DNA from: an uncultured Actinomycetota bacterium
GTDB taxonomy: Bacteria > Actinomycetota > Thermoleophilia > RBG-16-64-13
Reading direction: 5' to 3'
Assembly (NCBI GenBank): GCA_963796315.1
Contig: CAWCLH010000019.1
Coordinates: 256,676 to 320,675, forward strand
DNA length: 64,000 nt
The notes under the pieces are model-generated. The model did no database searches and had not been told where the DNA came from. It saw only the letters and a list, made by a program, of their open reading frames with translations. This document shows positions 39,456 to 50,666 of the stretch, in pieces (position 1 is the first letter of the stretch; the number at the start of each line of letters is the position of its first letter). The translations under genes were made by a program, and so were the position numbers.

Positions 39456-40427
39456 TCAGAAGTTCTTGGTGAGGTCGAGGCCCTTGTACAGCGAAGCCAC
39501 CTGGTCACCGTACCCGTTGAAGAGCAGGGTCTTCCGGCGCTTGAGCTCGCCGATGCGCCGCTCGCTGGCCTGCGACCAGCGCGGGTGGTCCACGTTGGGG
39601 TTGACGTTCGCGTAGAAGCCGTACTCGTTGGGAGCGGTCTCCATCCAGAAGGAGCGGGGCATCTCGGTGACCAGGTCGATGCGCACGATCGACTTGATGG
39701 ACTTGAACCCATACTTCCACGGCACGACCAGGCGGAGCGGGGCGCCGTTCTGCGGCAGGAGCCGGCGGCCGTAGAGCCCGGTGGCGATCAGGGTGAGGTC
39801 GTTCATGGCCTCGTCCACGCGCAGACCCTCGACGTAGGGCCAGGGGAAGCGGTACTTCTTCTGTCCGGGCAGCCGCTGGGGATCGTCCACGCTCTGGAAG
39901 CGGACGTACTTGGCCTCAGCCTTGGGCTGGACCGTCTCGAGCAGGCGTCGCAGCGGGAAGCCGAGCCAGGGGATCACCATGGACCAGGCCTCCACACAGC
40001 GGAGCCGATAGACGTGTTCCTGGTCGGGGAAGCGTTGGTAGATGTCCTCGATGGAGAATCGCCCCGGCTTCTCGACCAGCCCGCCCACCTCCACGGTCCA
40101 GGGGGTGAACGGGTAGGCCGCGGCCAGCTCGGCGACGCCTTCCTTGTCGACGGTGAACTCGTAGAAGTTGTTGTAGTGGGTCACGTCCTTGAAGGGGGTC
40201 AGCTTCGCGCCCAGCTCGTCGGTGGTGGCCTTGACCGGACCCGGGGCGACGTCGCCGGCGGTGCCGGTCCCCGTGCTGCCGCCGTTACTGCCCCCGAAGG
40301 GGCCGCACCCGCCCAGAAGCGAGGAGGCCGCCAGCCCGACGGCCCCCGCGATGAAGGCTCGACGAGAGACGTAGAGCCGGTACGGAGTGATTCTCAGATC
40401 CTCTGCCATCGGACCTCCGCTCCTCAC
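39456..40427 (-). CDS. msrP: Protein-methionine-sulfoxide reductase catalytic subunit MsrP (YedY-type molybdoenzyme)
   Basis: Tat signal [64 protein letters not shown] and [15 protein letters not shown]. Confidence 0.9.
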   Translation of the reverse strand: MRSGGPMAEDLRITPYRLYVSRRAFIAGAVGLAASSLLGGCGPFGGSNGGSTGTGTAGDVAPGPVKATTDELGAKLTPFKDVTHYNNFYEFTVDKEGVAELAAAYPFTPWTVEVGGLVEKPGRFSIEDIYQRFPDQEHVYRLRCVEAWSMVIPWLGFPLRRLLETVQPKAEAKYVRFQSVDDPQRLPGQKKYRFPWPYVEGLRVDEAMNDLTLIATGLYGRRLLPQNGAPLRLVVPWKYGFKSIKSIVRIDLVTEMPRSFWMETAPNEYGFYANVNPNVDHPRWSQASERRIGELKRRKTLLFNGYGDQVASLYKGLDLTKNF

Positions 40428-40541
40428 TGCTTCCGCAACGCCGCCGCCATCCGCGCACGGGTCGGGCGTTTCCGTCAGGCTAGCAGAAAGGAGGAGGGAT
40501 CTGCGTACAGGGGAGGGCGGACCGAGGCTGAAGGAGGATGC

Positions 40542-42585
40542 CTAGCCTGCTTCGGCCGGGCTGAGAGAGTAGGTCGGGCGATTTGCCGGGGTGGTCGGTG
40601 CCGGGAGTCTCACGTCCGCGCAGTGATCCACTCCGGGGAACGTGCCCACTTGCGTCCAGTCGAACGGCTGGTACGAGGGGACGCAGCACTGGATGGCCGC
40701 GAGCATCTCCTCCCGGCTGGGATAGCGCTCGCCGAGGCTGATCAGCCGGTGGAGGTGCTCCTCGAAGCCCTCGGGTATGCCACCATCGCCGCTGTGGCCG
40801 TTCCCGTTCGTCAGCACTGCCAGGTTGATCGCCGGGTGGCTCGTCGGTAGTGTGGACTCCCCCTTGGCATAGAGTTCCTCGTGCAGCTTCTCGCCGGGTC
40901 GAAGCCCGGTCACCTCGATGCCCATCTGAGCGCTTCCCGTGGGTGCGAGCATGTCGATCATCTGCTGCGCCAGATCGATGATCCGCACGGGTTTGCCCAT
41001 GTCGAGGACGAAGGCGCCGTATCGGCTCTCAATCTCTTGCCCGACCTCGCCGGCCATCGACCCAGCCTGCAAGACGAGGCGGACCGCCTCTTCGATCGTC
41101 ATGAAGTAGCGGGTCATCTCGGGGTCGGTGATCGTCACCGGCCCTCCGGCCTCGATCTGCTGGCGGAACAGAGGGATCACGCTGCCTCGGCTGCCCAGCA
41201 CGTTGCCAAAGCGCACCGAGCGGAAATGGGTGCGGGGATAGAGTTCGGCCATCATGCGTACGGTCTGCTCGCCGATCCGCTTGGTCGCGCCCATGACGTT
41301 GACCGGGTCGACCGCCTTGTCCGTGGAGATGTTGACCACCCGCTCCGCGCCGTAGCGGCCGGCCGCCTGGCTGATGACCAGCGTACCCTTGACGTTGTTG
41401 ATCACGGCCTCGTCCGGGTGGAGCTCCATGAGGGGAACGTGCTTGAAGGCCGCCGCGTGGAACACGATCTGCGGCCGATAGGCGGCGAAGACCGCGTCCA
41501 TCTTCATGGGAAGTGCCACGCTCGTCGGGTTGATCGTATAGTTGGTGTAGCCGCGCTCGCGCAAGCTCCTCGTGCAGGTGATAGAGCGCGGATTCGTCTT
41601 TGTCGATGAGGAAGAGCTCCTGTACCCCGAACGCCGCGATCTGCCGGCAGAGCTCCGAGCCGATGGAGCCCGCCGCTCCGGTGACCAGCACCTTCTTGCC
41701 GTGCAGGTAGGCGCCGATGGCCTCCAAGTCGATGTCCACCTTCTCGCGCCCCAGAACGTCCTCGATGCGGAGCTCCCGCGCGTCCTTGAAGTGGACCTCT
41801 CCGTTCATCATCTCCGACAACGTCGGGAGCGTCTTGACCGGGATGCCCAGGGGGCTGATGAGGCCATGGATGCGAGCCAGATCCTCGCCGGAGGCCTCGC
41901 GGTCAGCGATGAGCACCTCAGAGACGTCATGACGCGAGATGACCTCGGGAATATGGTCGATGGAACCGAGCACCTGTGCCTGATGCAGGCGCATGCCCTC
42001 GAGCTCGCGATCGTCTGTGACGATGCCCACGACGCGGGTACGCAACTCCGGGGTCTGACCGATCTCGCGGATGAGGTGTTCGGCCGTGGGTCCGGCACCG
42101 ACGACGAGCAGTTGCTGCTCCCAGGCCACGTTGGAAAGGCTGCGCTCATAGAAGATGCGCGTGTAGAAGCGGACAGCGACCATGACCACCATACTCATGA
42201 AGCCGCCGACCACCACGACGGACAAGGGAGCGAGACGGCCCGAGATGGGCAGCACAGCAACGGCGACGAATAGGATGCTGGTGCCGAAGAATGAGGCCTT
42301 AACGATCCTGAGCGCCTGGATCAGGCCGATATAGCGATTGATAATGGTGTACGCCCCGCTGAACCAGTTCGCGGTGATATGAGCCGCGATGGCCAGGACA
42401 AGGAAGAACGGCAAGTTGGAAAGATACTGTGCCTCCTTGGCTTGCCCTTCGGATCGGAAGGTCAGTGCCAAAGAGTACGCCACGGCGACTATCAGTGCGT
42501 CGATGACAATCGCCATGAGTCGGCGTCGCCATACTCTATGCAGCGCGACCCTCACCGACCCTCCACGTCCTCTCCACTCCTGCAT
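40542..42585 (-). pseudogene. Membrane-bound nucleotide-sugar 4,6-dehydratase (CapD/PglF/WbpM family); one frameshift near 41565
   Basis: Four N-terminal TM segments, Rossmann folds LLVVGAGPTAEHL and KKVLVTGAAGSIGSEL, then (other frame) IVFHAAAFKHVPLME, NISTDKAVDPVNVMGATKR and RFGNVLGSRGSVIP. The start (42585, 42516 or 42678) is uncertain. Confidence 0.8.
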
Positions 42586-43074
42586 CTCTCGCGGCCCGGA
42601 CGCCCCACGTCCGTGGCCCGGAGAGATGAAAACTCCCTCATCCAGCATAGAGGCGAATAGTTGGCCACGCAAGTGCAAAATTCGACGGAAGCGATAGCGA
42701 TTTCACCAGCGTGCACCAGCCTACCCCGCTCGGAGGCGAGACCAATCGCGATAAGAGTCGGTCTCCGTAGGAGATTGCACCTCGTCGGACCGCGTTGACC
42801 ACGTGAACCCTGCCAAGCCTTCTCGCCGGGGACGATGCAAGTGCTACGCCTCACGTTGATACAATCGTCGCTGCATGCAGCAGACGGCGGACTCTGACGC
42901 CGTCCGCGCAAAGCCAATCGAGCATGAAGGAGCACGCTCTTTCGGTGGCTCCGCCAGCACGGAACCGGAGGATCGCACGTCCCAGAATGGCTGAATCGTG
43001 CGCTGATGGACTCTCACAGAACGCTCAAGTGCTAGCTGTGAGCGACGAAGACGCTCCCTCACGCCGTCGGCGGT

Positions 43075-43667
43075 TTGACTGCCCGCGACCGGGCTTTGAA
43101 GCGGGCCTTCGACGTGGTCGCTGCCCTAGGGGGACTCATACTCACCGGCTGGCTGATCGGGCTGGCCTTCATCGCCGCCACCGTCGACACGCGAGCCCGC
43201 GGATTCTTCACCCAGGAGCGGGTAGGCCTTGGCGGTAGACGTTTCAGGGTGATCAAGATCCGTACCATGCGCGTCTCGGCCGGATTCCAGACCAACGTCA
43301 CCACGGCGACGATCCCCGGATCACTCGGCTCGGAAGGGTCCTGCGAAGGACCAAGATCGACGAACTCCCGCAGCTCATCAACGTCTTGGTGGGCGACATG
43401 AGCATGGTGGGACCGCGGCCGGATGTACCGGGAGTCGCGGACGCGTTGCGCGGTGAGGATCGCCTCGTGCTCTCCGTCCGGCCCGGCCTTACCGGACCAG
43501 CATCTCTTGCGTACAGGGATGAGGAACTTCTGCTTGCCAGACAGGCTGACCCCCAGCGTTACAGCGAAGAGGTCATCTATCCGGAAAAGGTCCGTCTAAA
43601 CGTAGAGTATGTCAAGAACTACAGTTTCTGGGGGGATATAGCCTACATAGTCAGAACTGTCTTCTGA
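43075..43667 (+). pseudogene. Small phosphoglycosyl transferase (bacterial sugar transferase, PglC/WbaP-C-terminal type); one -1 frameshift near 43315
   Basis: TTG start. KRAFDVVAALGGLILTGWLIGLAFIAA, FTQERVGLGGRRFRVIKIRTM, then after the switch [37 protein letters not shown]. Confidence 0.8.
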
Positions 43668-43693
43668 ATCTACTTAGGAAGTCCTCAGCAAGA

Positions 43694-44829
43694 TCACAGC
43701 TGAAGTTTGGCGCCTTCTTCTAGTGCGTCCGCGACCAAGTCGACTTCAGCTATAGTGAGGCTCCCGTGGAAGGGAAGCGCGATTGTCCGCTCGGCTCACG
43801 TCTTCTGTGACAGGCAGACTTCCCGGGCCCCATTTCCATTCGTTGGTTGGCTCCTCTTGCCGAGAGAAGCTCGCGAACGTAAGGCTGCGAGTGCACTGGA
43901 GGGAAGTAAGAACGTGCAGGGATGCCCACGCTGTTCAAGTAGGTGATCAGCTGGTCACGGTCCACGCCCGGCTTCAGAGTCACCACGTAGACAAACCAGC
44001 TCACCCGGACATCTGATCGTGAGACCGGGAGCGTCAGCCAAGAGAAGCCGCGGAGGCGTCGGGAGTACATCTGGGCCACCATTTCACGCTTGCGGAGTAG
44101 GGTCTTCACTCTCTTCATCTGGGAGACCCCAGCGCCGCGCTCATTTCATCGAGACGATAGTTGTAGCCCAGGCGCTCATGCGCGAGCCATGAGCCCATTC
44201 TGCCTCGGCCCTGATTTCGCCAACTCCGGCACGCCTCAGCCAACTCGGCACTGGAGGTCACGATCATGCCCCCTTCGCCGGTGGTGATCTGCTTATTGGC
44301 ATAGAAGGCGAAGGTGGCGGCGTCCCCGAAGGAACCTACTGGTCGTCCCCGATACTGGGCGCCGAGGGCCTCGCACGAATCGTCAATCACCGCGAGGCCG
44401 TGCTCTTGAGCGATCCGGTCGATCTCGTCCCAGTCGGCCGGGTGGCCAAAGACGTCCACCACCATGATCGCCTTGGTCTCTGGGCTGATCTTCTGTTCGA
44501 GGTCCTTGTGGATCCACGGTGTAGGTATCTGGCTCTATGTCGACGAAGACCGGAGTCGCGTGCTCGTAGAGGATGCAGTTGACGCTGGCGGCGAAGGTGA
44601 AGGACGGGACTAGCACTTCATCGCCGGGGCCGAGGCCCAGCGCCCGGACCGCTAGGTGAAGAGCGGCAGTGCCCGAACTGACGGCGACAGCGTGCTCGAC
44701 CCCCACATAATCGGCAACCATCGCCTCGAACTCGTCTTGCTTCGGGCCGAGGGAAAGACGTCCCGAGCGGAGGACGTCGACGACGCCGGCGATGTCGTCC
44801 TCATCGATGTCGGGCGCCGACATCGACAC
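43694..44829 (-). pseudogene. DegT/DnrJ/EryC1-family sugar aminotransferase (PglE-like); at least 4 frameshifts
   Basis: MSMSAPDIDEDDIAGVVDVLRSGRLSLGP .. SSGTAALHLA .. FYANKQITTGEGGMIV (PLP-Lys) .. GYNYRLDEMSAALG. The C-terminus ALPFHGSLTIAEVDLVADALEEGAKLQL* was recovered by hand, with stop at 43694-43696. Confidence 0.8.
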
Positions 44830-44889
44830 GCGGTCGTTGACTCACCGACTGCCTCCCCGCGTCGCGGAACGTCGGCCAATCAAAGGAAG

Positions 44890-46398
44890 TCAGATCCGGC
44901 CGTTACGCACATCTTCCTGTGCCTGCTGGTAGTCCTCGTGGCGCCCCACATCCAGCCAGTACTCGATGATGGGGAAACTGACGACCGTCCGCCCTTCCTC
45001 GAGCATCTTGTGGATCAGGTCGGTCATGTCGAAATGCTCGTCCTCCGGGATGAAGTCGCACGCCGTTGGCTCAAGTAGATACACCCCGGCATTGATGAGG
45101 AAGCTCAATGCGGGCTTCTCGTCGAGTGCGATGACCCTTGCGTCGTCGCATCGCACGACCCCGAAGGGAACCTTCACTTCGTACTTCCTCACTCCGACCG
45201 TGAGTTCCGCCCCGTGCTTTCGGTGATAGTGCAGCATCTCCTCGAATGAGACTCCGGTGAGCACGTCCCCGTTCAGCACCAGGAAAGGTCCGTCATCTCT
45301 GTCCCTCAGCTTCAGTCCGCCGGCAGTGCCGAGCGGCTGATCTTCCCTTGAGTAGGTCAGCCTGATCCCGAAGCCCTCCCCGTCGCCGAAGTGCTGGACG
45401 ATGTGGTCAGGCAGGTAGTGAGTGGTCAGGTTCACGTCCCGGATGCCGGAGCGGCGCAGTTGCTCGATGGTCCGTTCGAGCAGGGGGCGGTCTCCCACCG
45501 GCAGCATGGGCTTGGGAACGCTCTCGGTCAGCGGCAGCAGCCGCGTCCCGTATCCCCCAGCCATGATCACGGCGGAAATGCCCAGGTGGTTCTCCTGCAA
45601 GAGGTCTCGGCGTGGGAGGAACTGGACGAGCGTGCCCTCCTCATCCACGACCGGAAGGTGGTTGATGTCGCGCTGGGTCATGAGGTGGAGGGCATCGGCG
45701 GCGGATATCGAGCCTCGCGCGGTGATGGGATGAAGGTTGGCGATCGACTCGCAGGGATCGTCAAGAGAGGCCCCCCGAAGGATGGCCCGGCGGATGTCCC
45801 CATCGGTCAGCAGTCCCAGGAGTCTCCTGTCGGAAGAGCAGAGTGCCAGTGCCCCCGTCCCCGCCCTATCGAGGCGGGCCATCGCCTCCAGGATGGGCAG
45901 TTGGGGAGGGACGATGACCGCGTCCAAGAACTCGCTCACCCCCGCGACGAGATCCTTCTCCACGATGAGGTCCTTGCGCAGCAGCAGGGCCTGAAAGACG
46001 CCCTCCTCATCCACGACCGGAAGGTGGTTGATATCGCGCTGGGTCATGAGGTGGAGGGCATCGGCGGCGGATATCGAGCCTCGCGCGGTGATGGGATGAA
46101 GGTTGGCGATCGACTCGCAGGGATCGTCCAGAGAGGCCCCCCGAAGGATGGCCCGGCGGATGTCCCCATCGGTCAGCAGTCCCAGCAGCTTCCCGTCGGG
46201 GGCGCAGAGTGCCAGTGCTCCGGTCGCGACCTTGTCCAGGTGAGCCATGGCTTCGCCGATCGACGATCCCGGCGCGACGATGGCATCCTCCAAGGGTCGA
46301 CCGGGACTCATGGGCGGCACGTTGCGCTTCCGGCTTGCACGGCTGGCCCTCTGGCGGCGGAGCCGGTCATGTGATCCTCTTGGCCGGGGTGCCGACAT
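44890..46398 (-). CDS. Sugar-phosphate nucleotidyltransferase with four N-terminal CBS motifs (PtmE-like)
   Basis: Intact. Two CBS pairs, then AVIMAGGYGTRLLPLTESVPKPMLPVGDRPLLE, typical of the NTP-transferase fold. The start may be ATG 46311. Confidence 0.8.
   Translation of the reverse strand: MSAPRPRGSHDRLRRQRASRASRKRNVPPMSPGRPLEDAIVAPGSSIGEAMAHLDKVATGALALCAPDGKLLGLLTDGDIRRAILRGASLDDPCESIANLHPITARGSISAADALHLMTQRDINHLPVVDEEGVFQALLLRKDLIVEKDLVAGVSEFLDAVIVPPQLPILEAMARLDRAGTGALALCSSDRRLLGLLTDGDIRRAILRGASLDDPCESIANLHPITARGSISAADALHLMTQRDINHLPVVDEEGTLVQFLPRRDLLQENHLGISAVIMAGGYGTRLLPLTESVPKPMLPVGDRPLLERTIEQLRRSGIRDVNLTTHYLPDHIVQHFGDGEGFGIRLTYSREDQPLGTAGGLKLRDRDDGPFLVLNGDVLTGVSFEEMLHYHRKHGAELTVGVRKYEVKVPFGVVRCDDARVIALDEKPALSFLINAGVYLLEPTACDFIPEDEHFDMTDLIHKMLEEGRTVVSFPIIEYWLDVGRHEDYQQAQEDVRNGRI
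45634..46185 (-). repeat. Intragenic duplication: 186-bp cores 45634-45819 and 46000-46185 spaced exactly 366 bp (one CBS pair)
   Basis: I find only two mismatches between the cores (45667 G/A, 45764 A/C). The flanks of each unit are clearly more diverged. Confidence 0.85.
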
Positions 46399-46997
46399 AG
46401 GTACCGGGGGTAAGGAGGTCTCTGATGACCGTGGCCCCTGCGCCGACGACGCAGTCGCCGCCGATCGTGATGCCCTGTATTACGGTCGCCCCTGCGCCGA
46501 CCATGGTGTTATCGCCGATCGTCACCCCGCCGCTCACCGTTGCCCCCGGGGCCACGTGAACGTTCTCACCGATCCGGCAGTCATGCTCCACCGTGCTGTT
46601 CGTGTTGAGGATGGACCAGCCGCCGACCACCGTCCCGCTGTTCACCACGACGCCGTCGAGCACCACCGTCCCGGCGCCGAGATCCACCTCTTCATTGACG
46701 ACCGCCTGGGGGGAGGTAATCGCGGGGAAGCGATACCCAAGTGGCTGGATGGTTCGCTGGAGCTCCATCCGGTAGGGGGACGCATCGATCTTCCCCGTCC
46801 CGAGCACCGCTTGGCAGGAAGGGTCCTGCCCGATCAGCTCGGCCAAGAATCTCGTCGCTTCCAAGATACGGCGCTCCGAGACAGGGCCCTCGGTCCCGAT
46901 GGTCGGTGTAGCCGATAACGGCAAAGCCCAGCCTCTTCAGAACGCCGATCACCACCTTGGCGTGCCCCCCGCCGCCAACGACGACGATCCTATCCAT
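46367..46997 (-). pseudogene. NeuD/PglD-family hexapeptide-repeat sugar N-acetyltransferase; one frameshift near 46900
   Basis: MDRIVVVGGGGHAKVVIGVLKRLGF N-terminus, then left-handed beta-helix repeats IGENVHVAPGATVSGGVTIGDNTMVGAGATVIQGITIGGDCVVGAGATV. Confidence 0.8.
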
Positions 46998-48161
46998 CGC
47001 GGAGCGCTTGGACGACGTAGTCGATGTCGCTTGCCGTGAGACTCACACTGCAGGGAAGGTTGAGGGTGGTTTCCAGCATGCGCGGAGCCCTCTCGATCCG
47101 GTAGGGCTGAAAGCGGCGAAAGGGGGTCTGCAGATGGTTGAGCTGCCACAGCGGCCTCGTCTGGATGCCTTTCTCCAGCAGGTAGCCGCATGAGCTGCTC
47201 GCGATCGCGTCCGTAGATCCGGCTGTCGATGCGCAGGGGATACATCCAGTGGTTGTTTCGAGCATATGACGGGCTCGCCGCCATCTCCAGCCCATCGATC
47301 TGCTCGATGGCCGCAGAGTACGCTGCGGAAGTTCTCGCGCTTGGTCTCGAGGAAGTCGGGCAGACACTCCAGCTGAGCCACGCCGATGGCCGCCAGCACG
47401 TTGGTCAGCCGGAAGTTGTAGCCAATCTCCTCGTGGACGTAACGGACTTCATCATCCTTGGCCTGAGTGGTCAGGTACTTCGCCTTCTCCGCATGCTCCG
47501 GCCCGGTCGGTGACGATCATCCCCCCACCGCCGCTCGTGATGATCTTGTTGCCGTTGAAGGAGAAGCATCCGATGTCGCCGAGCGTCCCGGTGTGGCGCC
47601 CGGCCAGCTCACCCTCAAGGTAGACTGTCCCCAGGCTCTCGGCCGCATCCTCCACGATCTTGATGTTGCGCTCGCGACACGCCGAGAGAAGCTCCTGCAG
47701 TTGCGCGGCGTTCCCGAAGACGTGGACGGGTACTATGGCCGCTATCCGGTTGCCCGTTCCCCGATTGTAGGTACGACCCGTCCCTGGCTCTCGGTCTCCG
47801 TCTCGAGGAAGTCCAGCACCTTCTCCGCATCGATGTTGTAGTACTCGTCGCAATCCATGAAGATCGGGTCGGCTCCCTGATACCGGACGGCATTGACGGT
47901 GGCCACGAAGGTCACCGTGGGGACGATCACCTCGTCGCCGGGCAGCACCCCCGCGACCCGGAGGGCGACCTGGAGCGCCGCCGTGCCGTTGACACAGGCA
48001 ACCGAGTGGCCCGCGCCGGTGTAGGAGCGGATCGCGGCCTCGAACTGTTCGACGTACTTCCCTGCCGTCGACACCCACTCCGTGTCGAGGCACTCCTCGA
48101 CGTACTTCCACTCGTTGCCTCGTATGCACGGAACTGCCAGGGGTATCATGCGTTTTTCCAA
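46990..48161 (-). pseudogene. DegT-family aminotransferase (LegC-like); at least 5 frameshifts
   Basis: IPLAVPCIRGNEWKYVEECLDTEWVSTAG .. NGTAALQVAL .. FSFNGNKIITSGGGGMIVT .. GYNFRLTNVLAAIGVAQLE .. LNLPCSVSLTASDIDYVVQALRDG*, spread over three frames. Confidence 0.8.
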
Positions 48162-48165
48162 GTTT

Positions 48166-49143
48166 CTATGTATTGCTGTACTCTGCGGCGTCCGGGTTGG
48201 TGACTATTCCCTCATGTACGACATCGTATATCTCTCTAATGCCCTGTGGCACTCGCTTGGTTATTGTGAACCCTAGTTCATCTCTTATCTTGGAGAAATC
48301 GACGCGATAATCACGAGGGTCCTCGTCCCTGTGGACGAAGCGGATCTTCGCAGCCGGGTCGAGCTTCCACAGTTCGTCCGCAAGCATCGACTTTCTGGTA
48401 GTTCTCTGCGGTGTCGCCCACGCCGAACACGTTCTGCCGCAGCTTCTCAGGCGCACCCTCCAGAGCGAAGATGCACGCGCGAGCCAAATCGTCCACATGG
48501 CAGTAGGGGCGCCAGAACTGCTCCCCGAAGATTTCGAGCTCGCGCCCCAGAGCGACTTCTCGGGCGAACTCGTTGACCGTGAGATCGAAGCGGATCCGAG
48601 GCGAGAGGCCGTAGACCGTGGAGAAGCGCAGGGCGGTGGGGACGAAGTCTTCCCGGATCTCGCTTTGGAGCAGGTAGCGTTCGAACTCCACCTTCAGCTC
48701 GGCATAGAGCGAGACGGGAGTGAGAGGCGAGTCTTCGTTGACGAAGCCGTCCCCCTCCATCTTGCCGTAGTTGCTGCAGGTGGACGCGAAGATGAAGCGC
48801 TTGACGTGGCTGGTCGCCGCGCAGAGGTCGAAGAGGCTGCGCGACGCCTCCCAGTTGATCTCTCGCGCCAGCTCTGGCTGCTTGCGCAGGCGGGATCGCC
48901 GACGATGGCGGCCAGGTGGACTACCGAGTCGACCTCCGCGAGCGCGGCCCCCAGGCGCTCCGCATCTCGCACATCGCCCTTCACGAACTCGAAACGGGGA
49001 TGATTGTAGACAGGGATCAGGGGTTCGCCACCAAAGCTCAGGTTGTCGTAGCCCCTGACGGAGTAGCCATTCTCGAGCAGCAAACGGACGAGCACGGATC
49101 CGATGTAGCCGGCGGCGCCCGTGACCAGCACTCTCGCGCTCAT
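48166..49143 (-). pseudogene. NAD-dependent nucleotide-sugar epimerase/dehydratase (LegB-like); two frameshifts
   Basis: MSARVLVTGAAGYIGS, ..STCSNYG.. and YAELKVEFERYL (YxxxK). Switches near 48880 and 48420. Confidence 0.8.
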
Positions 49144-49646
49144 GTTGATTTGCCTCTCATGATCATGTCCCGTCCATTCCGTCCCGTCCGGCACCGCAAT
49201 GTTTGCGATCTACTGACGCGCTTCGCGCTGAGGAGGCGCGTGGTCGATGACGAATCGGTGAGCACCACGCCTGCGACATGACGGTCGTCGATTTGAGTGC
49301 GATAGCCAACCCCCGCATGAATGACCCTACATGCCCTATCGGTCGTAACAAGGTGTTCATCAAGGGTAGCGCATGCGTCGCACCCGGGGGAGACCTCGTG
49401 GCAGAGCCGCCTCCGGAGGCCGGCCCGACATTCCGCAGGCACTCCCGATGCACTCATTTCAAGGGAAGCTGCCCAGTGCCGACACGCGATTGGGGCCCCT
49501 CTACCCATGGTTCCCGGAGTTCACGGTTCTGCCGCGGCCACCCCGCGCCCAGCTTACTGCACAGCCAAACGTGCGTTGCGGCCGGCGTTTCCGATAGGAT
49601 GGCTGCACCACAGCCACGTCTATGGTGTTCCAACGAGGAGAACAAG

Positions 49647-50666
49647 GTGATCGGCGAAGACCGAGCGTTCATCATTGCTGAGGCGGGAGTCAATCACAAT
49701 GGTTCGGTCGATGTCGCCAAGAGATTGATCGACGAGGCTCGACACGCTGGTGCGGACTGCATTAAGTTCCAAAGCTTCATCGCTGACAAGTTGGTGAGTC
49801 GTTCTGCCGAAAAGGCGCAGTACCAGAAGCAGACTACTGAGGGTCCAACTACCCAATACGAGATGCTCAAGCGTTTGGAGTTGAGCGAGGAGGATCACCG
49901 CACTTTACTCGCGCATTGCCGCGAAAACGGGATGATGTTCTTGTCGAGCGCATTTGATGAGGAAAGCGCCGATTTGCTCGAGGATCTTGGGGTGGTCGCC
50001 TACAAGATCCCTTCGGGAGAAGTGACCAATCATGGGTTCCTTCGATACCTTGCGCAGAAGGAAAAGCCCTTGATCCTCTCGACCGGGATGTCGACATTGG
50101 CTGAGGTCGCCGAGGCGATAGAAGTGATCATCGCGGCAGGCAACCAGCAACTGTACCTACTGCATTGCGTGACTGAATACCCGGCTCCGTTTGCCGAGAT
50201 CAACCTAAAGGCTATGCTCACATTGGAAAACGCTTTCGGTTTCCCCGTGGGCTATTCCGACCACACCGAGGGAATAGAGGTTGCCGTGGCGGCCGTGGCG
50301 CTCGGTGCCAGGATCATTGAGAAGCACTTCACTCTCAGCAGGGACATGGCGGGTCCCGATCACAAGGCGTCGCTCGAGCCGCACGAGTTGCGTGCCATGG
50401 TGGAGGCTATCCGGAACGTCGAGGACTCCCTGGGAAACGGCGTCAAGATGCCCGCCCCTTGCGAAATGAAGAACATGGCTGTCGCCCGTAAGAGCGTCGT
50501 GGCACGGCGGGACATCGCGAGCGGAGAACGCATCAGCCGAGAGAACGTGGCGATCAAGAGGCCGGGTCACGGCATTCAGCCCAAGGATATCGACAAGGTG
50601 ATGGGGTTGATGGTCACTACCGACGTCGCGGCCGACAGCGTCATTACGTGGGAAGATCTGAAATAG
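49647..50666 (+). CDS. neuB: N-acetylneuraminate-type (nonulosonic acid) synthase, NeuB/LegI family
   Basis: Intact. FIIAEAGVNHNGSVDVAKRLIDEA, AYKIPSGEVTNHGFL, GYSDHTEGIEVAVAAVALGARIIEKHFT and a C-terminal SAF-like domain. GTG 49647 follows GAGGAG; ATG 49599 is the alternative. Confidence 0.88.
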   Translation: MIGEDRAFIIAEAGVNHNGSVDVAKRLIDEARHAGADCIKFQSFIADKLVSRSAEKAQYQKQTTEGPTTQYEMLKRLELSEEDHRTLLAHCRENGMMFLSSAFDEESADLLEDLGVVAYKIPSGEVTNHGFLRYLAQKEKPLILSTGMSTLAEVAEAIEVIIAAGNQQLYLLHCVTEYPAPFAEINLKAMLTLENAFGFPVGYSDHTEGIEVAVAAVALGARIIEKHFTLSRDMAGPDHKASLEPHELRAMVEAIRNVEDSLGNGVKMPAPCEMKNMAVARKSVVARRDIASGERISRENVAIKRPGHGIQPKDIDKVMGLMVTTDVAADSVITWEDLK

